This document shows, piece after piece, positions 17,266 to 23,788 of a stretch of DNA of 23,788 nucleotides. Under the pieces are notes generated by a model. The model had not been told where the DNA came from and did no database searches. It worked only from the letters and a program-made list of their open reading frames with translations. The DNA is from Shigella phage fPSFA, in sequence record OR670332; one strand, given 5' to 3'. Made by a program: the position numbers and the translations under genes. Positions within the stretch are counted from its first letter, which is position 1. Each line of letters begins with the position of its first letter.

Positions 17266-18315
17266 TTAAGCACCGACGCCAGTTACCAGGAACGCAATCG
17301 GCACATGCTTACGGTCGACTACACGGTTCCAGTTAGCGGCGTTAGCAAGGTCTTGCCAGCTAGCGGAGCGGGCAATAGTCTCGGTGCCGTTGCCGGTGAT
17401 TACGGCGCTGGTGAAACTGTAACCGAACGGGTGTAGCAACCAGGTCTTACGAGTCCACAGCGTTTCTACACCACCGCCGTTAGCGCGAGATGCTTCACGC
17501 TCGTATTCCAACGGCATCACGGGGTTTCCTTCGCCGTAGCCGATTGCGCCCTGGCCAAAGATGATGGAGATGAACTTGCGCTGCGCACCCTGGCCTACTA
17601 CGGTCATGCTGTCGTCGACGATGACGCGATAGCCCTGGTAGGTGGCGAACATGGTGTCGTTCTCGGCATCACGGATGAAGTCGATAAGCTGGGCTTTACG
17701 GGCCTGTGCGTATACGAAGCTGTGCATTGCGATAGCGCCGAGAACCTCACCGCCGTTACCCATCAATGAGTCACCCATAGTCTGAGTAGCATCAATGAAA
17801 GCGCCGGCGTCGAAACCCAGGGTAGCGGAAACGTCCACCACCATGTCGTTCTGCTCGTGATACGCATCAGTAGCGGACACGTTGTCGTTGTACAGACCGA
17901 GGGCAGTTGCGATAAGACGACGCTGCGCCTGACGCTGCCAGAAGTTATCCAGACGAGACGCTACGGACTGCAACGGATTCTGGCTGGTCAATTCGACGGT
18001 AAGGTCCGCCTGACCAAAGCCTTCGTTCAGGTAGGCAACACGGGCCATCATTTCACCAGTCTGAATAGCGCGCGGAGTAGCGATATCCTGATACACATCG
18101 TTCGAATAGTTAGGTTCGATAGAGGTATCGATAGCTTTCCAGAACGGCAGGTTAGCAATGTTTGACGGACCGTTAGCAATCTCAGCCGCATACGGGGTAG
18201 GGGTGAGGATACCGGAGTCAAAAAACGCGGTTTTCTCTACCGGGTCTTCGGTCATATAAGACGCCAGTACAGGGATGTTGCCGGTTACGATATCGCCAAT
18301 AGTGGTAATTGCCAT
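17266..18315 (-). CDS. major capsid protein (HK97-fold type)
   Basis: 349 aa, directly downstream of the scaffold-like gene, with GAGGAAA 6 nt upstream of the ATG. Size, composition and position are typical of siphovirus major capsid proteins. Confidence 0.8.
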   Translation of the reverse strand: MAITTIGDIVTGNIPVLASYMTEDPVEKTAFFDSGILTPTPYAAEIANGPSNIANLPFWKAIDTSIEPNYSNDVYQDIATPRAIQTGEMMARVAYLNEGFGQADLTVELTSQNPLQSVASRLDNFWQRQAQRRLIATALGLYNDNVSATDAYHEQNDMVVDVSATLGFDAGAFIDATQTMGDSLMGNGGEVLGAIAMHSFVYAQARKAQLIDFIRDAENDTMFATYQGYRVIVDDSMTVVGQGAQRKFISIIFGQGAIGYGEGNPVMPLEYEREASRANGGGVETLWTRKTWLLHPFGYSFTSAVITGNGTETIARSASWQDLANAANWNRVVDRKHVPIAFLVTGVGA

Positions 18316-18318
18316 TAT

Positions 18319-19020
18319 TTATTTCCTCAGGGCTTTAAGTTGCCGTTCAAATTCGGCAGGGTTAGATTTATAGAGCGCTAAACGCTCGCTTTCACTCATG
18401 TCTTTAAACGCTGGTGCGGCCCCGCCGCCTTTATTCCCGGAAGCCCCGCCACCGGAAGCCGCATTTGCTTTAATCAAATGTGAAAAAGCTTTATGTTCGC
18501 GCAGGTATTTGCGGAACTGCTCAGGGTCGGTAGTAACAACATTGCCATCCGCACCCATGAATTTAGTCACTACGTCTTCACCGTCGAACTCGGTCTTGAC
18601 GAAAGGTGCCAGGATTTCTACCGCTTCTGGGGTGATAAAATCACCAGCGAAAGAACCTAAAACAGCCTTACGTTCGCTGCCAAGAATACGCGCAGCTAAA
18701 GATGCGTAACGCTCTTCTTTCTCTTTCAGTACAGGTTCATACTGACTACGAATCGTCTTTTCAAATTCGTCCATTTTACCGGCAGCCTTCAACGCTTCCT
18801 GGTGGGCACGCTGCCGTTCTTCTTCGGCTTCTTTAGCACGGCGTGCAGCTTCCTTTTTCTCGCTAAGTAGCGCTTCCTGGTTTGCCTTAAGCCCGGCAAC
18901 TTCTTTCTCAATCAGGGCCTGCACTTCTTCGGCGGTGTACATTTTTGGCACGTCACCTGCGCCCGGTTTATCTTCCACCCCGGCTTCTTCATGAAGCGGG
19001 TAACGTAAAAAACGATTCAT
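18319..19020 (-). CDS. capsid scaffolding protein
   Basis: Highly charged helical/coiled-coil sequence (EKKEAARRAKEAEEERQRAHQEALKAAGK...) immediately upstream of the capsid gene. ATG at 19020; the ORF track uses TTG at 19026. Confidence 0.65.
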   Translation of the reverse strand: MNRFLRYPLHEEAGVEDKPGAGDVPKMYTAEEVQALIEKEVAGLKANQEALLSEKKEAARRAKEAEEERQRAHQEALKAAGKMDEFEKTIRSQYEPVLKEKEERYASLAARILGSERKAVLGSFAGDFITPEAVEILAPFVKTEFDGEDVVTKFMGADGNVVTTDPEQFRKYLREHKAFSHLIKANAASGGGASGNKGGGAAPAFKDMSESERLALYKSNPAEFERQLKALRK

Positions 19021-19104
19021 AGTCAATATGTCCCCTGGACTTTAGGACACCGGGCCCCCCGGTGTTTCTGTAACAAGAATAAATTATTCCACTTACTAAG
19101 GCAA

Positions 19105-19386
19105 CTATTCCAGAATATTCCTTATGTATCCCTGTAACCGGAATACTTTCAGACGCAATTGCCGTGTGCACTCCGCGTTCTGCACATCGACGGCCAGGTC
19201 TTCATCGACATCACTACTCGGTAGCACCATTTTGCACGGTGGCTGCATCAACGTCGTATCCGGGGATGGAATTAGCATTCTCGGCGGCGCGTCGTTTGAT
19301 TGACACCCGTTCAGGAGGAAACTCACAGACAGTACGGCCAGGACGGGTAACGTATTTGATAACTTCACGGGTGATAGACTCCGCAT
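19105..19386 (-). CDS. o-spanin (Rz1-like outer-membrane lipoprotein)
   Basis: Signal peptide ending in the lipobox-like LLNGC, followed by a proline-rich segment (PPRMLIPSPDTTLMQPPC). It starts inside the Rz-like gene in the +1 frame and extends past its end. Confidence 0.6.
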   Translation of the reverse strand: MRSLSPVKLSNTLPVLAVLSVSFLLNGCQSNDAPPRMLIPSPDTTLMQPPCKMVLPSSDVDEDLAVDVQNAECTRQLRLKVFRLQGYIRNILE

Positions 19387-19600
19387 TTTCTTTACCTTCC
19401 GATTCGGCGGCGGCGGCTTGTGTATCGTCTTGCTGCTGCCGTTGTGTTTTCTTCGCTAGCTCGGCCTGTGCTTTCTGCTGTTGCTGCGAAACAAGATTCG
19501 CCCGGCCTTCCACCCACCCGCTTCTGTAGTTGTACTGGCCGTATAACCACAAAGAGAGGATACCGACTGCCGTGGCTACTGCGGTTACTTTCCAATTCAT
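19214..19600 (-). CDS. i-spanin (Rz-like inner-membrane protein)
   Basis: N-terminal transmembrane segment (VTAVATAVGILSLWLY) followed by a Gln/Ala-rich coiled coil. Overlapped by the lipoprotein ORF. Confidence 0.65.
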   Translation of the reverse strand: MNWKVTAVATAVGILSLWLYGQYNYRSGWVEGRANLVSQQQQKAQAELAKKTQRQQQDDTQAAAAESEGKENAESITREVIKYVTRPGRTVCEFPPERVSIKRRAAENANSIPGYDVDAATVQNGATE

Positions 19601-19894
19601 AGTATCCCCTTTCTTTATACGCTAAGCCCGACGTAAGTCGGGCGTTAAACTCGTATATCTGTAAACCTCATACGGCGAATCTTAGCTAAATACTGAAAGC
19701 AATATAGCTTGGCCCTTCCGAATGCGTTCGCGGTTACGCTAGGGCGTTGTGACGCCCGCTTCACGCGACCCGCACCGCGGTACGCTGAAAGCGTAGTTAG
19801 CGTAGCATTTAAAATAATAGAAATCTACTTTCTGAATAAAGTATTCCTTAATTTACATTGGCAAGGAATAATTGGAATAATTGAGGGCAAAATT

Positions 19895-19918
19895 AAGGCC
19901 CCTTGAAGGGGCCTTTCG
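19895..19918. terminator. intrinsic terminator after the Ig-like protein gene
   Basis: AAGGCCCC-TTGAA-GGGGCCTT with U-rich flanks on both strands. Confidence 0.55.
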
Positions 19919-20377
19919 TTACTTAGGTTCTGAGACCTTAGCTGCTTTGCTAACCACCGACACACCGTCGGCATCTACTGCCTTGACGAAATATTCTCCG
20001 GGGTCTTTAACGGTTAGTTCCCCTTCAACGTAAGGAACGTTGATTACCTCTTTACCATCTTTAAACCATTGCAAATCGTAGGGCGCTTTGCCACCTTTCA
20101 CGACAACGGTTAATTTTGCGGAACCATCCTTCAGTTGCACATCCGCCGGTTGCACATCGAAGTACACATCACCGGCCCCATCCAGATAAGGTACTTCGTA
20201 CAGGATGCCGTCCGAGATTGTAGCCAGTCCGGTCTTATCCGCAAACGGCATTTCGTCCACCGATTCACCGAGAACCGATTCATCTTTGATATACACGACA
20301 CCTTCACCGGCACCAGACACACGGGAGTACTGAACTACACGTCGTGAAGGCACATCTTTAACTTTGAAAAAGCCCAT
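19919..20377 (-). CDS. Ig-like domain protein (152 aa)
   Basis: C-terminal Ig-like segment YDLQWFKDGKEV...PGEYFVKAVDADG. AGAGGA 6 nt upstream of the ATG; directly follows the head morphogenesis gene. Confidence 0.6.
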   Translation of the reverse strand: MGFFKVKDVPSRRVVQYSRVSGAGEGVVYIKDESVLGESVDEMPFADKTGLATISDGILYEVPYLDGAGDVYFDVQPADVQLKDGSAKLTVVVKGGKAPYDLQWFKDGKEVINVPYVEGELTVKDPGEYFVKAVDADGVSVVSKAAKVSEPK

Positions 20378-20379
20378 CT

Positions 20380-22239
20380 CTATTCCTCTTTCAGATAATC
20401 GGCAACACGCTTATCGAGTTCCGCCATCTCTTTAAGAGTTAACGGACGCCCGAATCCGTCTACCGATATTACACGAAATTCTTCCGGGGTTATCCCACTA
20501 TTACGAAAAATCTTACCCCGAACAGGGCCGAGGGCTTCGTCCTGAAACCACGCCGGTTGCTGCTTGAGGAATTCGTAGTAGGTCGTGTCGGCGCTTACCT
20601 GCTGACCTCCATCTGCACCCCTGGCCGCCCGTTTCGCGCCCTTATCAAGGAAGTCAAATTCGGAACTAATTACCGGAGCGGTTGTTGAGCGACAGTTATG
20701 TGCTATAATTCCATTTGCAAGATACCAGTTCTGTTCATTTTCGAGGTTATAAACATGCCCGCAAAAATCAGCTTCACTAAAGACCAAATCGACAACATCA
20801 TCAAGCTCTACACCGACGGCGTCGGACCAGTTGAAATCGGAAAGATTATCGGCGTTTCGTGTAGCCCAGTCATACGCGTTCTCAGAGAGAACGGCGTTAC
20901 TATTCGCGGAGGCAGCGACGCTATGTTTATCAGAATGGCTAAAGCTACCCCCGAGGAGCGCCTCGCGCTCTCCGCCGCAGCGCATGAAGCCGCCCGAGGG
21001 AGAAAGGCCGACCATGCCGAACTGCTTCGCAGGGCCAAAGCCAGGGAGGGGGGCATCAACGCTGGCAGCCACTGGGAGTTCCTTGTCAACGATTTGCTTA
21101 TTCAGTCTGGACTTGACTTTATCCCAGGAAAGGCTGTCGACAAGTACAATCTCGACTTCGCCGTCGGTTCCGTCGCCGTGGAAGTCTTCGGGGGAGGTTG
21201 GGCTTGTACTGACCGCCGCCGGATTGGCCGCTACATTAGCCGCACTAAACAAATCGGAGAACTTGGCTACAACGTTGTGTTCCTTATGCTTGAGAGAGAG
21301 CGTAGCGTCCTTAGCGCACACGAGCTTGTCACCTACATTGAGAAGGCCAGAAGCAACCCAACCACTGGTAGTCAATACTTGGTGATTTGGGGTGATAGAC
21401 AAGGTGCGACCGGACTTTGTAGAGACATAGACTATAGTGCCTTTGTACGCCCTTTTAAAAATGTTAGAAACAGGGCTACCGGTAGATACTACAGTGTCCC
21501 CAAGTAAACAATTAGGATGGGCCGGCGGCAGCGGCCCTTTTCCTATTTCGTACTGCATAGAATCGCGCGACCGGCAAACAGCCGAAGTACGGGAATCAAG
21601 GGTAGATACCCACTCATATTTCGTGATGATATCGTCGTTCTGAGCGTAAACCTGTTGCCGTGCTTCGTTGGATACGTGCGCCAGCGCTGTCCGGATAACG
21701 GTTGCAGCGTTACGCTCGGAGATATCGGCCAGACCACCGGGCCCAACAACGTTCTTAACTATCTGCCGCGTGGTCATACCCTGTACGAACCCAGACTTAA
21801 CCCCCATCACCAGGCGATTCACCTCGGTTTGCCGCCAGCCATTCATTAGCGAAACAAAATCAACCGGTTTTTCGCTTAGTTCAAGTGGCGCGAAAGTCGC
21901 AGCGGCCCACACCTGCTCCGCAGCCGGTGTTACAAAGTTAGCATTAACGTTGGTCGACAATGTTTTTACATTCCAGTTAACCTCATAGTCGGAAAGCTCA
22001 CGGGCGTCGGCCAGTAGCTTCTCATACCACCCGGACGTAATTCCGTTCAGTGCTTGCTCAAGTTCCCGCAGCATGATGGTGAGTCTCGCTGCCGTTCTGC
22101 TGTCATCGCCAAACAGCAGCACCTGTCGCTTAACCTCATCACGCATTTGCGAGATAAATGGTGCCAGGTCTTTTACTTCGCTACTGGCGTTACGTTGCAG
22201 CAATATCTGGTGGCTGATAATCGATTCTAAAAGACTCAT
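20380..22239 (-). CDS. head morphogenesis protein (SPP1 gp7 / Mu F-like), intein-containing precursor
   Basis: N-extein ends ...TLDSRTSAVCRSRDSMQYEIGKGPLPPAHPN and the C-extein begins CRSTT, which restores the family's HPNC-type motif after excision of 272 aa. AGGAGG RBS upstream. Confidence 0.75.
   Translation of the reverse strand: MSLLESIISHQILLQRNASSEVKDLAPFISQMRDEVKRQVLLFGDDSRTAARLTIMLRELEQALNGITSGWYEKLLADARELSDYEVNWNVKTLSTNVNANFVTPAAEQVWAAATFAPLELSEKPVDFVSLMNGWRQTEVNRLVMGVKSGFVQGMTTRQIVKNVVGPGGLADISERNAATVIRTALAHVSNEARQQVYAQNDDIITKYEWVSTLDSRTSAVCRSRDSMQYEIGKGPLPPAHPNCLLGDTVVSTGSPVSNIFKRAYKGTIVYVSTKSGRTLSITPNHQVLTTSGWVASGLLNVGDKLVCAKDATLSLKHKEHNVVAKFSDLFSAANVAANPAAVSTSPTSPEDFHGDGTDGEVEIVLVDSLSWDKVKSRLNKQIVDKELPVAASVDAPLPGFGPAKQFGMVGLSPSGGFMRCGGEREALLGGSFSHSDKHSVAASANSNAVLSENAYDWATRNADNLSDFNWSDAVGVELDDVVDLVFSEADFCGHVYNLENEQNWYLANGIIAHNCRSTTAPVISSEFDFLDKGAKRAARGADGGQQVSADTTYYEFLKQQPAWFQDEALGPVRGKIFRNSGITPEEFRVISVDGFGRPLTLKEMAELDKRVADYLKEE
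20682..20709 (+). promoter_or_regulatory. putative extended -10 promoter for the antisense intein-nested gene
   Basis: TGcTATAAT at 20701-20709, with TTGTTG at 20682-20687 and a 16-nt spacer. Confidence 0.45.
20695..21510 (-). mobile_element. intein (Hint domain) inserted in the head morphogenesis protein
   Basis: Block A CLLGDTVV at the N-terminus, block B SITPNHQVLT, and C-terminal blocks VYNLENEQNWYLANGIIAHN followed by a +1 Cys. In frame with the host gene. Confidence 0.75.
20755..21507 (+). CDS. HTH + DUF559/Vsr-like (PD-(D/E)xK fold) endonuclease-like protein, encoded antisense within the intein
   Basis: ATG at 20755 with GAGG 8 nt upstream. N-terminal HTH (DQIDNIIKLYTDGVGPVEIGKIIGVSCSPVIRVLRENGV). 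DUF559-like core YNLDFAVGSVAVEVFGGGW...TDRRRIGRY...LGYNVVFL. Translation verified by hand. Confidence 0.65.
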   Translation: MPAKISFTKDQIDNIIKLYTDGVGPVEIGKIIGVSCSPVIRVLRENGVTIRGGSDAMFIRMAKATPEERLALSAAAHEAARGRKADHAELLRRAKAREGGINAGSHWEFLVNDLLIQSGLDFIPGKAVDKYNLDFAVGSVAVEVFGGGWACTDRRRIGRYISRTKQIGELGYNVVFLMLERERSVLSAHELVTYIEKARSNPTTGSQYLVIWGDRQGATGLCRDIDYSAFVRPFKNVRNRATGRYYSVPK

Positions 22240-22341
22240 ATGTCCTCCTGTAAATGCCCTCAGTTTACACGATTAAAATATTTGTTGCTTAACCAAATAT
22301 AATAGGGTACTATTATTCTTAGTTGAACAGGAGAAAGTTAA

Positions 22342-22710
22342 ATGGGTATGTATACGAAGTTATGGTTTGATGCTGACTTAAAACATAACGTAGATGAAAT
22401 TAACCTGCGCGCATTGGAGTACCTATTTGTCGGTGGTGACGTCCCTGATGTATTACCGTGCCACCCATTTTTCACACTAGAAAGATGGTCGTACATGTTT
22501 TATTCCCCTGCGTACTCGGGAGATGCCGTCACGGTTAAACTTGGCGATTACTACAACCATGTATCGGCGCATATAGAGGTTAAAAATTACTGCGGCGAGA
22601 TAGAGAGTTTCCTTGATTGGGTACGACCACTCTTGGACGTGGAGAAGGGGACTTGCATAGGGTGGAAATGGTATGAAGGAGACGATAACCCAATCCTGAT
22701 ATACGCGTAA
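22342..22710 (+). CDS. hypothetical protein (122 aa, aromatic-rich), moron between portal and head morphogenesis genes
   Basis: ORF occupies a gap with no minus-strand gene. AGGAGA RBS 7 nt upstream and a terminator directly downstream. Confidence 0.55.
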   Translation: MGMYTKLWFDADLKHNVDEINLRALEYLFVGGDVPDVLPCHPFFTLERWSYMFYSPAYSGDAVTVKLGDYYNHVSAHIEVKNYCGEIESFLDWVRPLLDVEKGTCIGWKWYEGDDNPILIYA

Positions 22711-22719
22711 CGAGACAGA

Positions 22720-22745
22720 AAGGCCCCGTTATGGGGCCTTTATGT
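22720..22745. terminator. bidirectional intrinsic terminator between moron and portal gene
   Basis: AAGGCCCC-GTTAT-GGGGCCTT followed by TATGTTT; lies between convergent stops at 22710 and 22746. Confidence 0.55.
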
Positions 22746-23788
22746 TTACTGTTCAGGTTGTTGCGCCGATTGAGGGATTTCCCCCTGAACTTCAGTAGCG
22801 ACCGGTAATGGCTGGTCCGCTACCGCGTCCTTAATATCGGCATCTGTCCAGTCGGTTACGCCAGCTTTACGCAACGCGGCATAGTAGGCCGTAACGGGCA
22901 GAAATCCTGCATTAATATCCGCCATCCAGGCGGCCCTGTCTTGTGCGGTCATAGGTTCCAGGAAGAAGTCCATATTAAGGCGGAATTCTACCTCGGTATC
23001 TTCCGGTTTGCCCAACATTACAGCCACCCAACGTAAGGCGTCCGTATAGGCCTGGCTTACGTTACGCGCAATTGTCGCCATGACGGACGTATCGGCACCG
23101 CGCTGTATTCGGGCGGATTGTGCGGTGATTTGCTGAGTGGGGGTGATAAGCTGCGCACCAATCTGGATAGCTTGCTGTTCTTTGTCCAGCATATTCTGGC
23201 GGGCAAGGTTGTTCTCGCCTGCCTGGATAAGCTGAGCGCTACCGCCATATCCCAGGTTATGCCCACACCGACTACCAAATTTGATACCGTTAGGGTTCGC
23301 TTCCTTGAATGATTGAGGTGTTAAGTTCTCGCCTGGGTAGATAAACAGGGTCGGCTGCCCAACAACGAAGCTGGATTCTTCGTTGTCCGCGCTGTTCCTG
23401 TAGTGCCCGATGTTAAGTTCCGCGAGTGGTAGTAGCGGAGCGTCGTCAATGGTGGCGTCGTTATTGGTCGCCCCAATAAAGGTAAACGGAATTACCCCTC
23501 GTAATGATTCTCCTAAGTCCGGGTAAATCTCCACAACGTCTTCCTGCGCACCACCTTCGGCATCGAAACGAAAAAGACGTTGACGGTAGTTGCCGTCGCT
23601 ATCGATGTCCAGAACGCGATACTGTTCGCCGTATTTAGTTTCGAACTCGTTTCCCGGTTCGTTGTACTCCCATGTCTCGCGCAGCACAACCATAGTTACC
23701 CGGTTTACAGAACCTACGCGCGTGAGTCGCCAGTTAACGATATTCTCGGTAGTGTAGAAAGCGATTGTAGGGTTAAGCAAACCTGCGT
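22746..23788 (-). CDS. portal protein, C-terminal part (5' end outside window)
   Basis: Frame is open to the window edge. The gene sits immediately upstream of the head morphogenesis gene, as in SPP1-type head modules, and has an acidic, Gln-rich C-terminal tail. Call is by position. Confidence 0.5.
   Translation of the reverse strand, partial: AGLLNPTIAFYTTENIVNWRLTRVGSVNRVTMVVLRETWEYNEPGNEFETKYGEQYRVLDIDSDGNYRQRLFRFDAEGGAQEDVVEIYPDLGESLRGVIPFTFIGATNNDATIDDAPLLPLAELNIGHYRNSADNEESSFVVGQPTLFIYPGENLTPQSFKEANPNGIKFGSRCGHNLGYGGSAQLIQAGENNLARQNMLDKEQQAIQIGAQLITPTQQITAQSARIQRGADTSVMATIARNVSQAYTDALRWVAVMLGKPEDTEVEFRLNMDFFLEPMTAQDRAAWMADINAGFLPVTAYYAALRKAGVTDWTDADIKDAVADQPLPVATEVQGEIPQSAQQPEQ

Noticed and set aside
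18989-19171. 60-aa minus-strand ORF spanning the scaffold start and the Rz1-like gene end
   Set aside because: It overlaps two better-supported genes and an intergenic hairpin, and has no RBS.
19601-19918. Possible tRNA gene in the long intergenic region
   Set aside because: I found no GTTCGAAT-type T-loop and no cloverleaf-compatible arrangement of stems on either strand; the hairpins are simple stem-loops.
20808-21385. ORFs 20831-21385 (+) and 20808-21089 (-) within the intein region
   Set aside because: These are alternative frames of a region already explained by the intein sense frame and the antisense HTH-DUF559 gene. Their translations are Ser/Pro/Ala-rich with no recognisable motifs.
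20380-22239. Alternative reading: head morphogenesis gene split into two fragments by a simple endonuclease gene insertion
   Set aside because: The inserted segment stays in frame and begins and ends with canonical Hint splicing blocks (Cys1, TxxH, terminal HN, +1 Cys). An intein fits better than a disrupted gene.
1-23788. CRISPR array or other tandem direct repeats
   Set aside because: No regularly spaced direct repeats were seen. The only recurrent element is the terminator hairpin stem, found at four dispersed sites.

Overview
This window is the late/morphogenesis region of a tailed dsDNA phage. It has a siphovirus-type tail module (tape measure, M/L/K/J-like tip proteins) plus a tailspike whose C-terminal ~540 residues resemble the P22 endorhamnosidase. 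That combination is known from Jersey/SETP3-type Salmonella phages; this identification is inference from motifs, not a database hit. Structural genes run on the minus strand from a partial portal gene at the right edge to the tailspike at the left, and a partial SNF2-like helicase gene sits on the plus strand at the left edge. Three plus-strand insertions interrupt the minus-strand block: a four-gene accessory module (10617-12845), a single moron (22342-22710), and an HTH + DUF559-type endonuclease-like gene (20755-21507). The last is the most unusual finding: it is encoded antisense inside an in-frame intein of the head morphogenesis gene and has its own extended -10 promoter and RBS. Four hairpin terminators built on the same 8-bp stem (AAGGCCCC/GGGGCCTT) mark the strand-switch points. 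No rRNA, tRNA or CRISPR array was seen.
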